Source: Antedon mediterranea
Lineage: Eukaryota > Animalia > Echinodermata
Assembly: GCF_964355755.1 (NCBI RefSeq)
Contig: NC_092679.1
Coordinates: 12,445,432-12,509,431, forward strand
DNA: 64,000 nucleotides
Direction: 5' to 3'
A model generated the notes under the pieces. It made no database searches and was not told where the DNA came from. It saw nothing but the letters and a program-made list of their open reading frames with translations. How positions within the stretch are numbered: the stretch's first letter is position 1; the number at the start of each line of letters is the position of its first letter. This document shows positions 22,601 through 37,600 of this stretch, piece by piece. The position numbers and the translations under genes were made by a program.

Positions 22601-25600
22601 TACCACACTTTATGCCTGTTTACCTAGAGGTTTAATTTTACTTAGGATGTCTCCAGGCCAAAGGAGGGGTTCTACCTTATTTTTCACAGTTTATTTAAAA
22701 GGGGCAAACTTTCATCAAATGTCTACTTTATGAATTTTTAACAGGAATACATGTATACACCACTGGCTGACCTACAGCAAGGAATGATTGCAAATGTGTA
22801 TGGTGTTGTATCCTATTTCAAGCCACCATTTAGGGCTAGAGGAACAGGTAATGTCAGCATTTTCAATTTACTTAACATAGTGTGAAACTAACTTTACTGT
22901 ATTTTGGAGAAAACTTACAAATTAAGTTTGACATTTTTTTGCAAACACTTTAATTTGTACAGTATGTTTATTTCTGCACATTTCTAAAAGGTCTGGATTT
23001 TGTTCTCCATCCAGAGACCGTGATTTAATTTTCATCTCATGGTTTGAGACATCAAGTATCATTTCACTATAATTTATGCATAATTTTTTCATATTCAACT
23101 AATCTTGCACGATTTTTATCTCCACTTGTGGCATTTTATGTCCATATTTGCATAGGTAAATTCCGTAACTATGTACGTCACATATGTATTACAAAGCCTG
23201 TGATATGTTACATATGATTTGGCCAGTGTAATGTATGTAACATGATCAAATTACTGAAATCCATAACTTTAAAATCTTCATATTTATGTTTATTTATATG
23301 AAGGGCTCACTAACTGAACCTATCTTTGATTTATTTTCTAATGTTACCGATACTTTGATTACTTTTAGATTATTGTTTGTCAATGAGAGTAATTGACAAA
23401 TCACTTAGTAACGACGGCTTATCATGCACACTGTTTATGAGAGACAAAGAGTCCCTACCACATGTTCTTTCCATTGGTGATGTAGTACGTATGCATCGAT
23501 TAAAGGTATTTGTATATTTATTCAACATTTTTGCAGTAAAATTGTCAATCTTGGGCTCTAAATACATTTAACTCTATAAATAAATGTACTGTTAAAGTGA
23601 AGTTGTAGCTACTGTAGTTGTAGCTATGAGTCGGTTAAAACAGTGTATCTGTAATCCTTATCCTTTATGGCAAGTGTTCGAGGCTCTCTCGCTCTGGTTC
23701 TGGTGGTAGAATGATTTTTCTTGGCTAATAACATACAAAATATGTGTGTGCAAGAACATGCTAGTTTTTTTAGATTATATGGAGTTACCCAGTGTACAGC
23801 CACTGTCGGGAACAGGTTGTGCTGTAGTTGGCAGCGCCGACATGAGAGGAGAAGAAAAGGTGTAACATCAAAGTCCACAGCTTATAACTGATAAATAAAT
23901 AATAATAATAATAATAATAAGATTTTTATAGCGCACATACCATTCCAGAGTGCTCAAGGCGCATTAAAAAATAAAAAATAAATAAATCATACAAATTCCT
24001 GACAAATAAAATACAATTTCTTTGGAGGGTCCCCATCCGTTGTCGTTCTGTCGCGGTCCCGAACCCCTACCTAGGTGACCAAACAAAGGAGCAGGATACA
24101 CATTTGCCTTGCCACAGACGACCGGGTGCTCAGAGACAACAACCAAGACAGAGGCACCCCAAAGATAATGCTGGCCAGGAAAAGGTATACAAAACAATTC
24201 TAAGTCTAAACAACTTTAAGAAACCTCATGATTTCCATATGCCTTAATGAATAAATGTGTTTTTAATAATTTTTTAAAAGTATCAACAGTTTTGCAAAAT
24301 CTTATAGAGCTCGGTAGAGCATTCCACAGACGAGGAGCAGTAACGGAGAATGCTCTGTCACCCCATGAGTGGTGAGACTTAGGCTGATGTAGAAGCAGCG
24401 AGTCACTAGAGCGCAGATTACGTCCGGGAACATACAGCCTAAGCATGTCAGAAATATATTCAGGAGCCATGCCATTTATAGACTTAAAAACAAAGAGTAA
24501 TATTTTTAAAACAATGCGGTACCTAACAGGGAGCCAATGCAATATTTCCAAAGTATTTGATATGTGTCCCTATCTTGGTAATTTTTTAACAACTCGTGCC
24601 GCTGTATTTTGAATCAGTTGGAGCCTGTGGAGTTGTTTTTGTGGTAGCCCGTATAGCAAAGAGTTTCCCATATCTAGTCATGAAGTGACAAAAGCATGAA
24701 CAAGTTGTTTAGCTGCTGTCTCATTTATAAACTTACGAATCCTTCGAATGTTTCGCAAGTGAAAAGACGACACAGAAATAGTTTTTGAGATATGAGAAAT
24801 CATAGTCATACCCACATCCATTTCAACCCCAAGATTTCTAACCTGCCTAGCCGGGTCAATTTGGGTTTCACCAATGTGAATAAAGCTTGGTGGCAGTTTT
24901 TCCAACTGCTGTTTTGATCCAAAGAGAACAAATTCTGTTTTTTCATCATTTAATTTAAGAAAGTTGTTTTTCATCCAGACACGCAATTCATAGATACAAT
25001 GTTGGAGCAATTCCAAAGAAATGTCACTGTGTTTCATAGTAGTAGGTTTAAAAGAAATATAAATCTGAGTATCATCAGCATAAACATGATAGCACAGATC
25101 ATATTTACTTATGATATCCCGTATTGGGTGTAAATAAATAGTAAACCATTGCGGCCCAAGAACAGATCCTTGTGGTACCGAAAAGTTTAGAAAAGAAGCT
25201 TTTGAAATAGCATTACCAATACATACGTGTTGAGGTCGTTTTTCCAAATATGACCGACACCAATCAAGTGCATTTCCTTCAATACCAATATAAGTACTGA
25301 GTCTATTTAGCAACACAGAATGATCAACCGTATCAAATGCTGCACTTAAATCTAATAATACTAGAGCAGTTAGCTTTCCATCATCCATCCCACATAGGAT
25401 GTCATTATTTACACGAAGTAATGCCGTTTCAGTACTGTGATGCGCTTTGTAGGCAGATTGATACGGATCAAGTAGGCCATGTTTTTGTACATGCGACAAA
25501 ATCCGTTTAGAAACAACCTTCTCAATTATTTTTCCTAAAAAACTAAGATTCGAGATAGGTCTGTAGTTTTTCAGAATCTCGGGATCTAGACCTGTTTTTT

Positions 25601-28600
25601 TCAATGTGGGTCGAACATGGGTGACTTTTAGAGACTCTGGGAAAGAACCACTTTCAAGAGACTTATTAACAATATGTGTGATTAATGGAATAAATGCAGA
25701 AGTACATTTCTTAATCAGTGAAGTTGGTACCGGGTCAAGTGCACACGATTTAGAGGAAGAATTTTTGACAATTTTTAAAATTTCCTCATCACTTGCAGGT
25801 TCGAACTGAGAAAACCGTATAGACCTAGTTAAACCATAAGATATATTACATTTATCAGAAGCAGTTATAACTTCGCCAGTATTTTCATTTTCTAGTGAAT
25901 CACGAATTGATTTAATTTTATTTACAAAAAACACAGAGAATCTTTCAGCAAGAGCTTCATCGGAGACAGACGAAGGAAGGACCGATGACTTGGAGTGATG
26001 TAAAAGTTTATTTACTATATTGAAAAGTTTCTTTTGATCACCTGTGCAGTCACTAACCAGACTAGAGTAATACCGCGTCTTGGCCTTTTCAATCAGTCCA
26101 TTTACAACGCATCTTTGAACACAGTATTCCTGTCTATCCTTAGGAAGCTTTGATTTCATCCATTTACGTTCAAGTTGACGACGTACTTTCCTTTCAGATC
26201 GAATTTCATCGGTATACCACGGTTTAGCTTCCTTTTGCCTAATTGTTTTGTTCTGAACTGGCGCATGTAAATCAAGTACAGCTCTGAGATCAGAATAGCT
26301 TTCTACACTGTCTTCAAGAATTACACTTACATCGGTTATATTAGACACACAGGCTTTAATGTTATTTGTGAATTTCTCAATATCAACTGATCCCTGGCTT
26401 CTTATTTCAAATCCTACATGCTTTGATAACAAGCTCTATATAAGTATATATTATTATGAATTACACTTTGTATTTTAAAGATTCAGATGTACAAAGATGC
26501 GTTACAGGCTGTTAAGCATCCAGGGTTTGCCTCACTAGTGTTCTCAGGTGAAAAGGGAACTGGTTATAAACCTAGGTCATCCACTCCATTGTACACGATG
26601 ACAAAAGATGATGAAAAGAAGGTAAGATAAGGGTGCATGTAATGAAACATTTAGGGTTTAAAGACTTGATTGAATTTGGATGTACATGAGTGTTTCTATA
26701 GGCATGATTGGCCATGCCAATAGTAATTTTTTTTTTACTATTGGCACAGCTTGTTTTCTTTCTGCAAGGTTGGAAATAATGCGTGTATTTGATCATGCCA
26801 GAAGACAATTAGACAAAATTACATGCGGTTAACCATACCAATAGTATTTTTATTTGATTACAAAAAAAAATTATGACAGTTTGGATACAAGGCCATATAA
26901 CGCCATAGCTGTTAAGGCTAATAAAGCGGCCTCAACCTTAAATAATCACAAAGACAAACATGTACACAAGATTCTCTACACAAAGTCTTATAAGTCTTGT
27001 TCTGTCATGAGAAAAAAATTCTGGCACCTGACAGGAGTTCAACCCAGGACCCTGGGATTGGTAGCCGAGCATCTAAACCACTAAGCTACAGCTCTACTTA
27101 AAGATGTATTGTCCTCCAAAAACATGAAAAATAGAGATTAATTAAATCAGACTTTGAATATGTTATTTTGTAGTTTTAATAAAGTTAATCACTTCCATAG
27201 AAAAAAAAACTAAAAAAAAAAATGTTTTCACTTATAAAATGACAAAATAAATGGTTATATTCAACTAAAAATCCATTGGCTGGCAGCCAATTTGACCATT
27301 TTTTGCTTTAAATTACATTTTTTCAGGTAAATACATTTTTTTATCATCCAATTTTTGGTAAATGTGGATAACTATTATGTTACATTGAAATGGAATATTA
27401 AAAAAAAATGTTTTAAGAATTTTTTCAGGGGGACAATACATCTTTAATATAGTGCCTTACACAACCATATAATATTGTTTTAAGCAAATGGGAGTACTAG
27501 ATTTATGTATGTTTTCAATTATAAGCTTCTTCATCAGGGTCATGAATGTCCATGTTATTTATGTAACATTAATTGCAGATAACCTCTATTACATGAAATA
27601 TTAACTCAAAATTTACGACAAAAAAAATCAATTAAACCACATTTTTTTAATTGGTTGGCACCTAAAGCTGAAATTTAAAAAAATAAACTTGACCAAGTAC
27701 AGTTGACATCTTTGTAATTTTATCATTTCAGGTGGATGAGTTACGAAAATGGAAGAATGTAGGGGAAGAGGGGAGGTGTCTATCGTCCATAAAAGGCAGT
27801 GAATATCTTGATATCAGTGTTCAAATAGTGGCTAAAGTGGCAATACCAAGTATCAATTGCATTGCTCTGAAAGTGTGGGATGGTTCATTATTTAACAGGT
27901 GATTCTTCTTCTGAAATAACTGGCATCATGACGACAAAGTAGGCATTAATTTTCTTATTAGTGTAAATAATAATATTTACTTTGCACTGATGAAGGGCTA
28001 GTGTTGTCCGAAAGCTCTGCAAATGTTCTGGCTATTTTACTTTCATTTTGATTTAGCTTTTTGTTTATTTTATTTTGTAGTATCTTTATTGAGATTCAGC
28101 CAGCCACAGCATTGTAATTTTTTCAGTAATTTGACTTTGGATTTAATATTGTAATTGTATATTTTGATACGCAAGTTAATTACAAAGCTTGTATGTAACT
28201 TGTAAATTAAGATCATTCAAAATTTATATGTTGTAGTTCTCTTCGTTGGGTAGACACAGATGAACATGATTTCACATGGGATACTGATTTAGCAGAAAAG
28301 GCTAAAGGCTATGTTGTTGATGTTTGGGTGTATGATGACCATGTGGAGTCTGTATCAAATGTTAAGGTGAGTTCGCATGAAATATGAATTGTAGAAAGGT
28401 TAATGGTTATGTCACGTTTGGGTGTATGATGACCATGTGGAGACTGTATCAAATGTTAAGGTGAGTTCACATGAAATATGAATTGTAAAAAGGTTCAAAT
28501 TTTAAGGTGAGTTCACATAGAGACAGAATAGTAGAAAGGTTTGTCACTGTTTGAATATAGGATGTCCATTTGAAGTCTGTATCAAATCTTAAGGCAAGTT

Positions 28601-31600
28601 CACATGTAATATGACTTTAGTAAAAAATAAATTGTTGTTGATGTGAGTGAAATTGAATCTTTATTAGGCCAACTTCGCATTGATAAAGATTGACTAGAAC
28701 AAGCTAAAGGTTATTTTTTTTCAAGTTTAATCTGTATCCGAACCCTAGACACATGGTTTTTAACTATTTTTATTACGGTATTTTTCAGGTTGGCCAATTT
28801 ATAACTATCAAGAATCTACATGTTGTAAACTTTGAAACAAATGACACTTATGAGATTGTTGTGCATGGAGGTACTAAATTTGGGAGAGGTGTCATATCTA
28901 TTCCAGAAGATCACCCTGCTGTATCAAGGATGAAAAGGTAAAACACCAAGTAAGAATTAAGAAGAAATAACATTTTTAGAACTAGGTCTTCTTCTTCAGA
29001 GATCATACAGATCAGACTTAAAACCTGGAAAATCATGGTCATTTTTTCCGGCCAGGGGGGCCCATAGAAAATTTGGCTTTCTTTAAAAAGTCATGGAAAA
29101 ACTTTATTTATAAGATTTATTTAAAGTTCTTTTTATTAATCAGAATTTAAACTATAACTTTTTACCCTGTCATGAGAAAATTAAATTGTGTGAATCCTAA
29201 ATACAATCCTTCAAGTCTTGTCAAAGTTGAGTTGTGATATGTTGCGTTGTGTTTGAAATTATTAAAGTTCAGTCTATCGCAAATGAGTCTGAACTTTTTT
29301 GAAAATCGTGGAATTTTTTTACATTTTTGTCATAAACCATGCCGATGATTTTACAAAAATAATTACATTATCGATGAGGGAAGAAGAAAAAAATCTTTGC
29401 ACTATTATACAGGTGAAAATAAACTACTTTAGCAAAATTTTGAAGGCTTTTGTTTTTGCAATTTCATTTCTTTTATTATTTAGATTATTTAACACAGCCG
29501 AAGAGAGACGTCAAGAAAGTGGAATGAATGGCGACGGATTGAGTCTGAAGCAGAAAAGACAACGAGGCTTTGTAACCACTAGTAGTATGCAAGAACTAGA
29601 TCATGAAGCAGGCCAAAATGATGTATGCATGCAGGAATCAGCAACCAGTATGTATGTCTAATGCTCATATAGATTACAATAATAATATCCTGGATTTATA
29701 AAGTGCCTTATGTTTTGAAACCTCTAAGCACTGTACATATTATCCCGGTGATTTTTTATTCAAACATGTATAGAAACATAGTCCCATAATGCAGCGCAAA
29801 TTTGTGTCACCCATTTGTACACCTGGGTGGAGAGAGGCAAACCTAAGTATCTTGCCTAAGGCTACAAGCAATGCGACAAGCAGTGGATTCGATCTCACGA
29901 TCAGCAGTATGTCCAACACACTGCGCCACACGCCTTATACATAATGTGCCTCATGCCTTTTTAAAACCATTACTTGTAAAAACAATTAAAACCAACTTAA
30001 AATAGCCGAGTGATTAACCCTTCCACTCCTGAAATTCACTCAAGTGGATTATTCTGGGTTTGAAGTAAATCGTATAAAAAGACTAATATCTATCTTTTTT
30101 TTTATGATACTTTTTATGCTCAAAAATAAAACCACCTTTAAAACAAATATACCAAGTTCATCTTTCGTGTCATGTACAGGCGACTGAGTGCCATCTTGTC
30201 ACAAAGGCAGTTGCATGATACAATAAAATATAAGAAAGAAATATTTGTTGTACAGCAATTTTGATTTTAAAAGATATCAATATGTACATCAACAAACAAA
30301 TTAAAACACTTGTGCATGTGGAAGCGAACTACTTTAAGCATAGTCTTAATTTAAACAGTTGACAAACTTCATCTGCAAAAGTTAGGTAGTGCACATTTTT
30401 GCCAAATTAGTTTGCTGAAGTTTTTGCTTAGCCAATCAAATCACAGTGTTTGTAGCCATATAATGCTGCAGATGGAAAAATGAAAGCCTCCAGTAACAGT
30501 GAATGTTAGTGTTAAAGAACAAACAGTGCTTAACTCTGAGTTTGCCAATAACAGTTACAGTAAACGATCCTAGTGTGTGACAAGGCTTAGACGAGGCCAA
30601 TTAGTTTCTAGACATACATTTACCAATAAACATTTTATTTATTTGAAGAGTACACTGCATGTCTGAAAAAATTCAAGCATGTTTTTTATTTCTCCCAATT
30701 TTTATATTTCGAGTTAAAATAACTATAGCGAGGCATTTAATGAATAGGCAAACTGCAATGTGACATATTTCTATTCTCATCATCAGAAGAACAGAAAACA
30801 ACGCCTAGAGTACTTATATACCAATAGGACAGGTTGTATGTAATAGCATTTAGTTTTTATATTTCATTTTCGTGTAACAACATTTTTCTTTTAAAGTAAT
30901 TTCAGGTCACTATGAAATAAAAGTGAAGACAATCAAGGATGTATTAGAGAAGAAAATTCCCAATTTATCTAAGATCCGTGCAAAAGTGATTAATTTTGAA
31001 CCATCAGCAGTTAATGAATTTGTTCAATTAGTTTGTCCAAAGTGTAAACAAAGGTTAGTGTATGCTGATAACCATTGTGTTTTGTTTCTTTTTTGTGTTT
31101 TATGTTTCTATCGATACATCTATGTATTTTAAGCTACTATAAGGTCACAATGGGCAATGCAATTTCCATAAATTAATTATTATTGATAAATATTGAGGTA
31201 TCTTCAATAGAAAATAGAATAGTGTACAGACGAATTATTTTTTTTAAAAGAAAGAAATCACCTTTATTTTATTTCTGATTACTATTTTTGATATTAAAAT
31301 GCTAAATTATTATTTTTTTTAGCATTACCATGTAACAATGCTATTATGTATCTCAATCCTCTACAGTAAGAAAAGGCTTCATTGACTCAAAATGGCCACA
31401 TCCATTCAGCTCTATTCTATCCCACAATGTCTTTTACACATTCGGACAATACATTTTGTTGAAATTCTTGTGAAATAGGTTTTTTGGTAGTAGTAGTTGG
31501 GAATAAAAATGATTCTACTGCAGTTATTGCAGTATCTACATTTTTTACATCAATGCATTTGGTAGGAGTTTATCAGGCAGTGAATCAACATTGTATGCCC

Positions 31601-34600
31601 AGAAAAGCATGCTAAATAATCATTGTTAAAAAGAACAAACAATATGTAGTTACTGTAGTATCTGTAGTATAATAACTTTGATATGGTTAGTTCTGTCACT
31701 ATCAAATTTTATGTGATTACCATTTTCTGTCAAAAAGATTTTACAGAACAGAGTTCTATCTTCACTATCAAAGAGAGAACAAGTAAGCCCTGTCTACACT
31801 ATTAAACTATTGTAGTTTGACAAAAAAAGTATGATGTGCCCATATATCATCACTACCATATTGGACACATCACACTTTTTTTGTCATAACTTATTTGGTA
31901 GTGTAGACAGAGCTTTACATTTAATATTTTGAATTTTATTTATTTTACTTATCATGAGAATCAATTATAAACCTGAAAGTTTTGATTGTTAATGTTATAG
32001 AGCAAAACTTCCTACTGTTGAGAAAATTGAGCAAGGACAATTTAAAGAATGGCAAAAATCGATGTTGTTGATGTTGGCAGAGGGAAGGGTAGAAAACGAA
32101 GCAAGTACTTCTACACCCAAAAAGGCATCTGACCATCAGAATAAACAAATTAAATTTGAATGCCCAAAGTGTACAAGAGAAAAAGAAGCTGGTAAATACC
32201 AAAATCAAGTCGTAACAAAAATGAAGAGAATTAGATTAGATTAAATTTTGTCTGACAATTTTTGAAGGCCTTTGTTTTGAAGTGACGAATATTAAAATCA
32301 ATGGGATGAATGTTAATAGCTGTTTAAAATATGCTGTTTTACATTCTCTGCCAATAGTACAGGAAAACTATGAAATATGGTTGAAAAAATTGCAACAGAA
32401 TTTATTTCACCACAATGCATTTCTATAAGGTCCCTATATGAACATACTAAAAGTCTAGAAAAATCCAGGTAGGGGAAATAGGTTTTTTTAAACAAAATGG
32501 CCACCAATGGCGAAAATTCCTAAAAAAGGACAAAAAAACATAAATGATAGATCTAATTACCACTTTATAACAGTTTTTACAATGGTTTATATTTTTCTTT
32601 ACAATTTCGAAGATCTGACCTACAATAAACACATTATTTTAAGTGCTGTTGATTAGAAAATGGCCGAAAAACAAATGTTTAAGTATCTAGATATATCCCT
32701 ATAGTTATAATAATATATAAAACGCAGTCCTTCCTATGCTTAATACATAGGATTACGGTGTCTATTAATAAATCAGTTCATTTACATTTGTACTGTTATA
32801 ACAATACATTACAACATTGGTAGTGCCAGTGGGGGAGGGGTATAGGGATGGGAGATCAAATGAGAAGGGTGAGGGAGTCTGTCCGTCCCCCCATCCCCTC
32901 TCCACAATTGGCTATTTTTTATGTAGACAATATGATGATATTTCCTAATATAAAACAATACCCCATTGAGTGCTGTTTCAAGGATTTTCATTTTTAAAAG
33001 TGAGTAAAACTACCCTTTACCGGTATAATATTATCGGAACCTCTGGGTGCGCTCCCATTGATGGCCCAGCCAATTGATGCTGGCTGCGCTCTCCACCCCT
33101 CCCCCCCCCCCCCCTCATCGGGAAAATCCTTGCGCCACAATCTATTACCGTATTTATTCGGATAAACGCTACATTTAGAAAAACCGAATAAATGCCCCCC
33201 TCCCCCTCCATAGGACATCATTTTGAATAACCTACCCCACCGCACCCCCTCCCCCGCTCCCATCGGACATCATTTTGAATTTATTTCCTCGAATGTACCA
33301 CATGCATATTATACACAATATTGTATTTTAACACATCTGTATTTGTAATAGAATTCACTGAATGGTGTTGTATTTGTTCATATCTAAAGGGTGTATTTAT
33401 TTGATTATACACGTTTCCCACATTACACCCACAAAAATATACGCCTCTCCGAATAAACTCCTCACGACGATTACACGCCCCCACTACCCTCCTTAAAAAT
33501 CAACCACCAAGGGCATTTATTCAAATAAATGCGGTAATTTCACTTTCATCTTGTCAGTATCTAATCCTCCATCTATTGGTGGGGAATTGAGCATGTGCTG
33601 ATGCCGTGGCATTCTTAAAAAATAGTGGAGCAGCAGTCCAAACCATATTTTCTGCAACGGCAATTCATTTTACTACAACCTTATTTATAGGTACATCTAA
33701 TCAACTTTAATAGCTTCTCTGGTGCTGGTAGTCAATTTGTCATCAATACTTTCCATCCCTAGTCTGTGGGTTGAAGAGTATTTCCTATCCACTGCTATAC
33801 CTGGTAATAAAGACTCACGAAATGAAATTTTGCAGCAAGGGAATAGATTTGCTTTTTGCAACTTTCTCAAAGAAAAGAGGCTGTCTAAAGTCTCCATTGA
33901 CTTCCCTCCATAATATATAGGTACCAATGCCAAATTCCTGATGCAATGTTTTCTTTTTTTTTTGGAAACTGTTTGGTTTACAGAATTTGACATACAACTC
34001 CTACTGTGATGTGATGATTTTTAAGACCAACACCTTTTCCTAACCAAATTTACTTACGGCCCATAATTATAGCCATTAAACACAATAGTTTACTTTGCCT
34101 TCACATAACGTAACAAACATACATGGTACATAATAAGTGTCTTGAAATGTTGCTGTTTCGGGCCAAGAGGTTTGATGTAGCAAACAGTGGGCAGTGAGAT
34201 GAAGGTTTCTGAGTAGTCTAGCAGTGTGTATGGAGTCAATGGAGTAAAAGAGGGCTGCAGGAAAAGTATAAGATTTTTTTTTGACCAAATGAGGCATTGT
34301 GTATGACTGTCTCACATAGATGATGAAATAGTATATGTGAGGGAATGTGCACTGCTTCTTTATTGATGAATATGGTTGGTTTGACCCATGTGTTCTTTCC
34401 TCTTAAATATATATTCTGTCGCGGTTGCTTCATTCATTGATTTAATACTGTATGTTCTCGATGGGGGAGCACTGTGAATGCATGTAAAGTCTGTCCTTGG
34501 TGTGAAGCTCTGTAAAAATTAGTTTGCTTTTTATACATGGAATCCAGGGATATGATACTACATCCCATCTATTTGGTATAGGAAAAGGTCTTAAAAAGTC

Positions 34601-37600
34601 TTAACACCTGGGCAGTAGTATGCTTACAAACTCTGTAAAACCAAACGTCTCCAAAAAAAAAGAAACCATCGCATCAGAGGAATTGGCATTGGTAGCTATA
34701 CTGTATGGAGGAATACGTTCTGGGAGAAAGTAGCAAAAAGCAAAACAGCACTTGAAATAAAGTCTATTCCCCCTACAACAAATGCTGCAAAATGTCATTC
34801 CCTGTGTGTATATTACCATGGTACAGCAGTGGATAGAAAGTACTCTTCAACCCACAGACTGAGGGATGGAAAGTTACAAATGGCGTGATGTGTCCATTGA
34901 TGACAAATTTACCACCAGTACCACTGTTTGTGACGAATACCACGGCATCAGCACATGCTTAATTCCTACCTATAGACAGAGGATGATAACTGGACAATGA
35001 AAATGAATGGATTAATAGATTCTAAGATTGTATAATTCTATTGTTGTGACAGTACAAATGTAAAATGAACTGTTTTATTAGACACCGTAGTCCTGCATTA
35101 TAATGCATAAGACTACGTTGTCTATTATTATAACCGTGGTGATATCTTGATACTTAAATGTGTGTTTTTGTTGCTAAATAGCATTTTAATTAATATGTAT
35201 ATTGCAGTTTAAATGTTTGACACTAAGAAATATAAAAAGCATTATAAAAACTGCTATCAAGTGGTAATTAGATATAAAATATATGTTTTTTGTTCATTTT
35301 TAGACATTTTTCGCCATTGGCGGCCATTTTGTTTAAAAAAACCTATTTCCCCTACCTGGATTTTTCTAGACTTTTAGTATGTTCATATAGGGACCTTATA
35401 GAAATGCATTGTGGTGAAAAAAATTCTGTTGCAATTTTTTCAACCTTTTACTGATTCTGAGCATATCTTTCCTGTTCTACAAGTTAAAAACACACTTCTG
35501 TCGTTTCCAGATAAAGCAATAATACTATAAAACCTTGAAAAGAAGTACATGAACTTTTTTTTTGGGACTCTTAAATGGGCTTCTTTTTGAGATGTGCGTT
35601 TTTCCTAAATTACTTTTGAACTTCTTTCTTCTAAGTGATTGATGTAAATGTTACTAGTCCTACAATAAAAGGATTTTTTTTAGATATTTCCTGCAAATTT
35701 TACATATTTGTGATCAAAATACCATTTTAAACTGTAAAATAAATTGATGATATTAACTTGATCATACATTATATCTGCATCAGTTTTCTTGCATTAAATC
35801 AAACATAGTTGGGGAGATCGGACTTTCAGTGTTGCTGGACCTAGGCTCTGGAACCACCTACCCTTGAACATTAAACACACATCATTATTGAGTCAGTTTA
35901 AGTCACTACTCAAAACTCACCTTTTCTGATTTTTTTTTTTTTTTTTTTTTTTTTTTACAGCGCCATGAGCAATGAATGTTGGAATGGCGCTATATAAATC
36001 GAACGGTTGATTGATTGATTGAAATCACTTTGTTCCTTTGATATTCAAAGAAAAGAAACCTATACTATCTTAAAAAGAAGCCCAGTTTTTGCGAGGTTTT
36101 ACGGTATACATTATTTTCACTGGCAGTAAGGGTGCATACATAAAATGAGAAAGTCATTTTATCACATAATGTAGTAGCATAAGGCTGTAGGCCAGTTGCT
36201 AACAATAACAGCAATGAACAAGAATTTCCAATATACCAACACTAGATATGTTTTTACATTTCATTCAGGTCCATTAATGCACTACAGCTACAGCTTTAAA
36301 CTGATTTTTTATGATTGTACTGACAAGATAGAAGTTATTGTAAAAAATGAAGCAGCTGTAAGTATTTGCATGATATATTTATATGCCTACGCATCCTTGC
36401 CATTTTGATTGGTTGATATACTTAAGTGTAGGTGTTATATTGCAAGTATTTTATCAATGTTATGCCATGCTGTTGACCAAGTGACATGGGCATGACATTT
36501 TTGTATAGGCTTTAGTGCCTACAGTACTGTAGCCTTCGGAATTCAAAGGTGTGTTATAACACAATTAAAGAAAATTTTGTACATGTGTAGAATGAAAAGA
36601 ATATTTTTTTAGTGGAACTGGTCGACTTTACTCCACCTCGTTATATAGACCAGTTAAAAGGCTTAGTTTTAAGCATATTTTCCAATAGACGAATTTGAAA
36701 AAAAAATATCAGCTTTATATAGCTTACATTTTCCAAATCCCTTTCTACAGGGTGACTTCTTATCTAGTTCCTTGAGTTTTTTGCTTCAGTGAAAATTGTA
36801 TTTTTAACAGATCCTAATTTTCTGGCCATGCCTTTAGGCAGTTATATTCAAGAGAACGGAAGCATTAGGAAACTTTATCACACCAAAGCTTATAGTTTAC
36901 TATGGCTATAATAATAATTGGGTATTTTAAAACTAGGACTGTGCATGCACAAACCCCATAGCACGTCTATGTGATATATGCAGACAGTAGTCTGTAAGAC
37001 TTGTTCAATAAACAATAACTCTGGTAAATATTTTTGGCGAATGATGTGTAAAGATGAAGAATTGTTTGATTTAGGGAGTAGTTAGTCAGTGACTGGAAAA
37101 TTAGAATGTTTGATTACTGGAATGTTGGGGTATGTGAGTCACTACGGTGGGAGTAACGGTGGGAGTAACGCCTGGAATATGTACAGTAGTACAATAGTTT
37201 TGTTAATATTTTAAACAAGACTTTTTAGGCGACCTTACCTTGTCACTCAGTTCGCTCTCTAGCCTTTATATAAACTCCATTCCTTGCAAATGAGTTGTAT
37301 TTATACAAGGCACACTGGCTAACTTTCAATAAATTTGTGTTGTCTCTTAATTTTTTAGGCAGCCTTCTTAAACCTAGATACATCTGTAAGTGTAGAGAAC
37401 TTGATAAGGAAAAAAGAAATGTTGGAAACAATCATGACACACTTATGTCCAATGAAATTAAAAACTGCTAGTGAAGAGCATCTCAAGGGCATTATACAAG
37501 AAGATGAACGGCCATGGCTTGACTGTTGCATAAAAGGGAATTTGTTTAGAAGGAAGGAGAGTGGACAAATGCGCTATCAATTATGTGATACCTTACTTGT

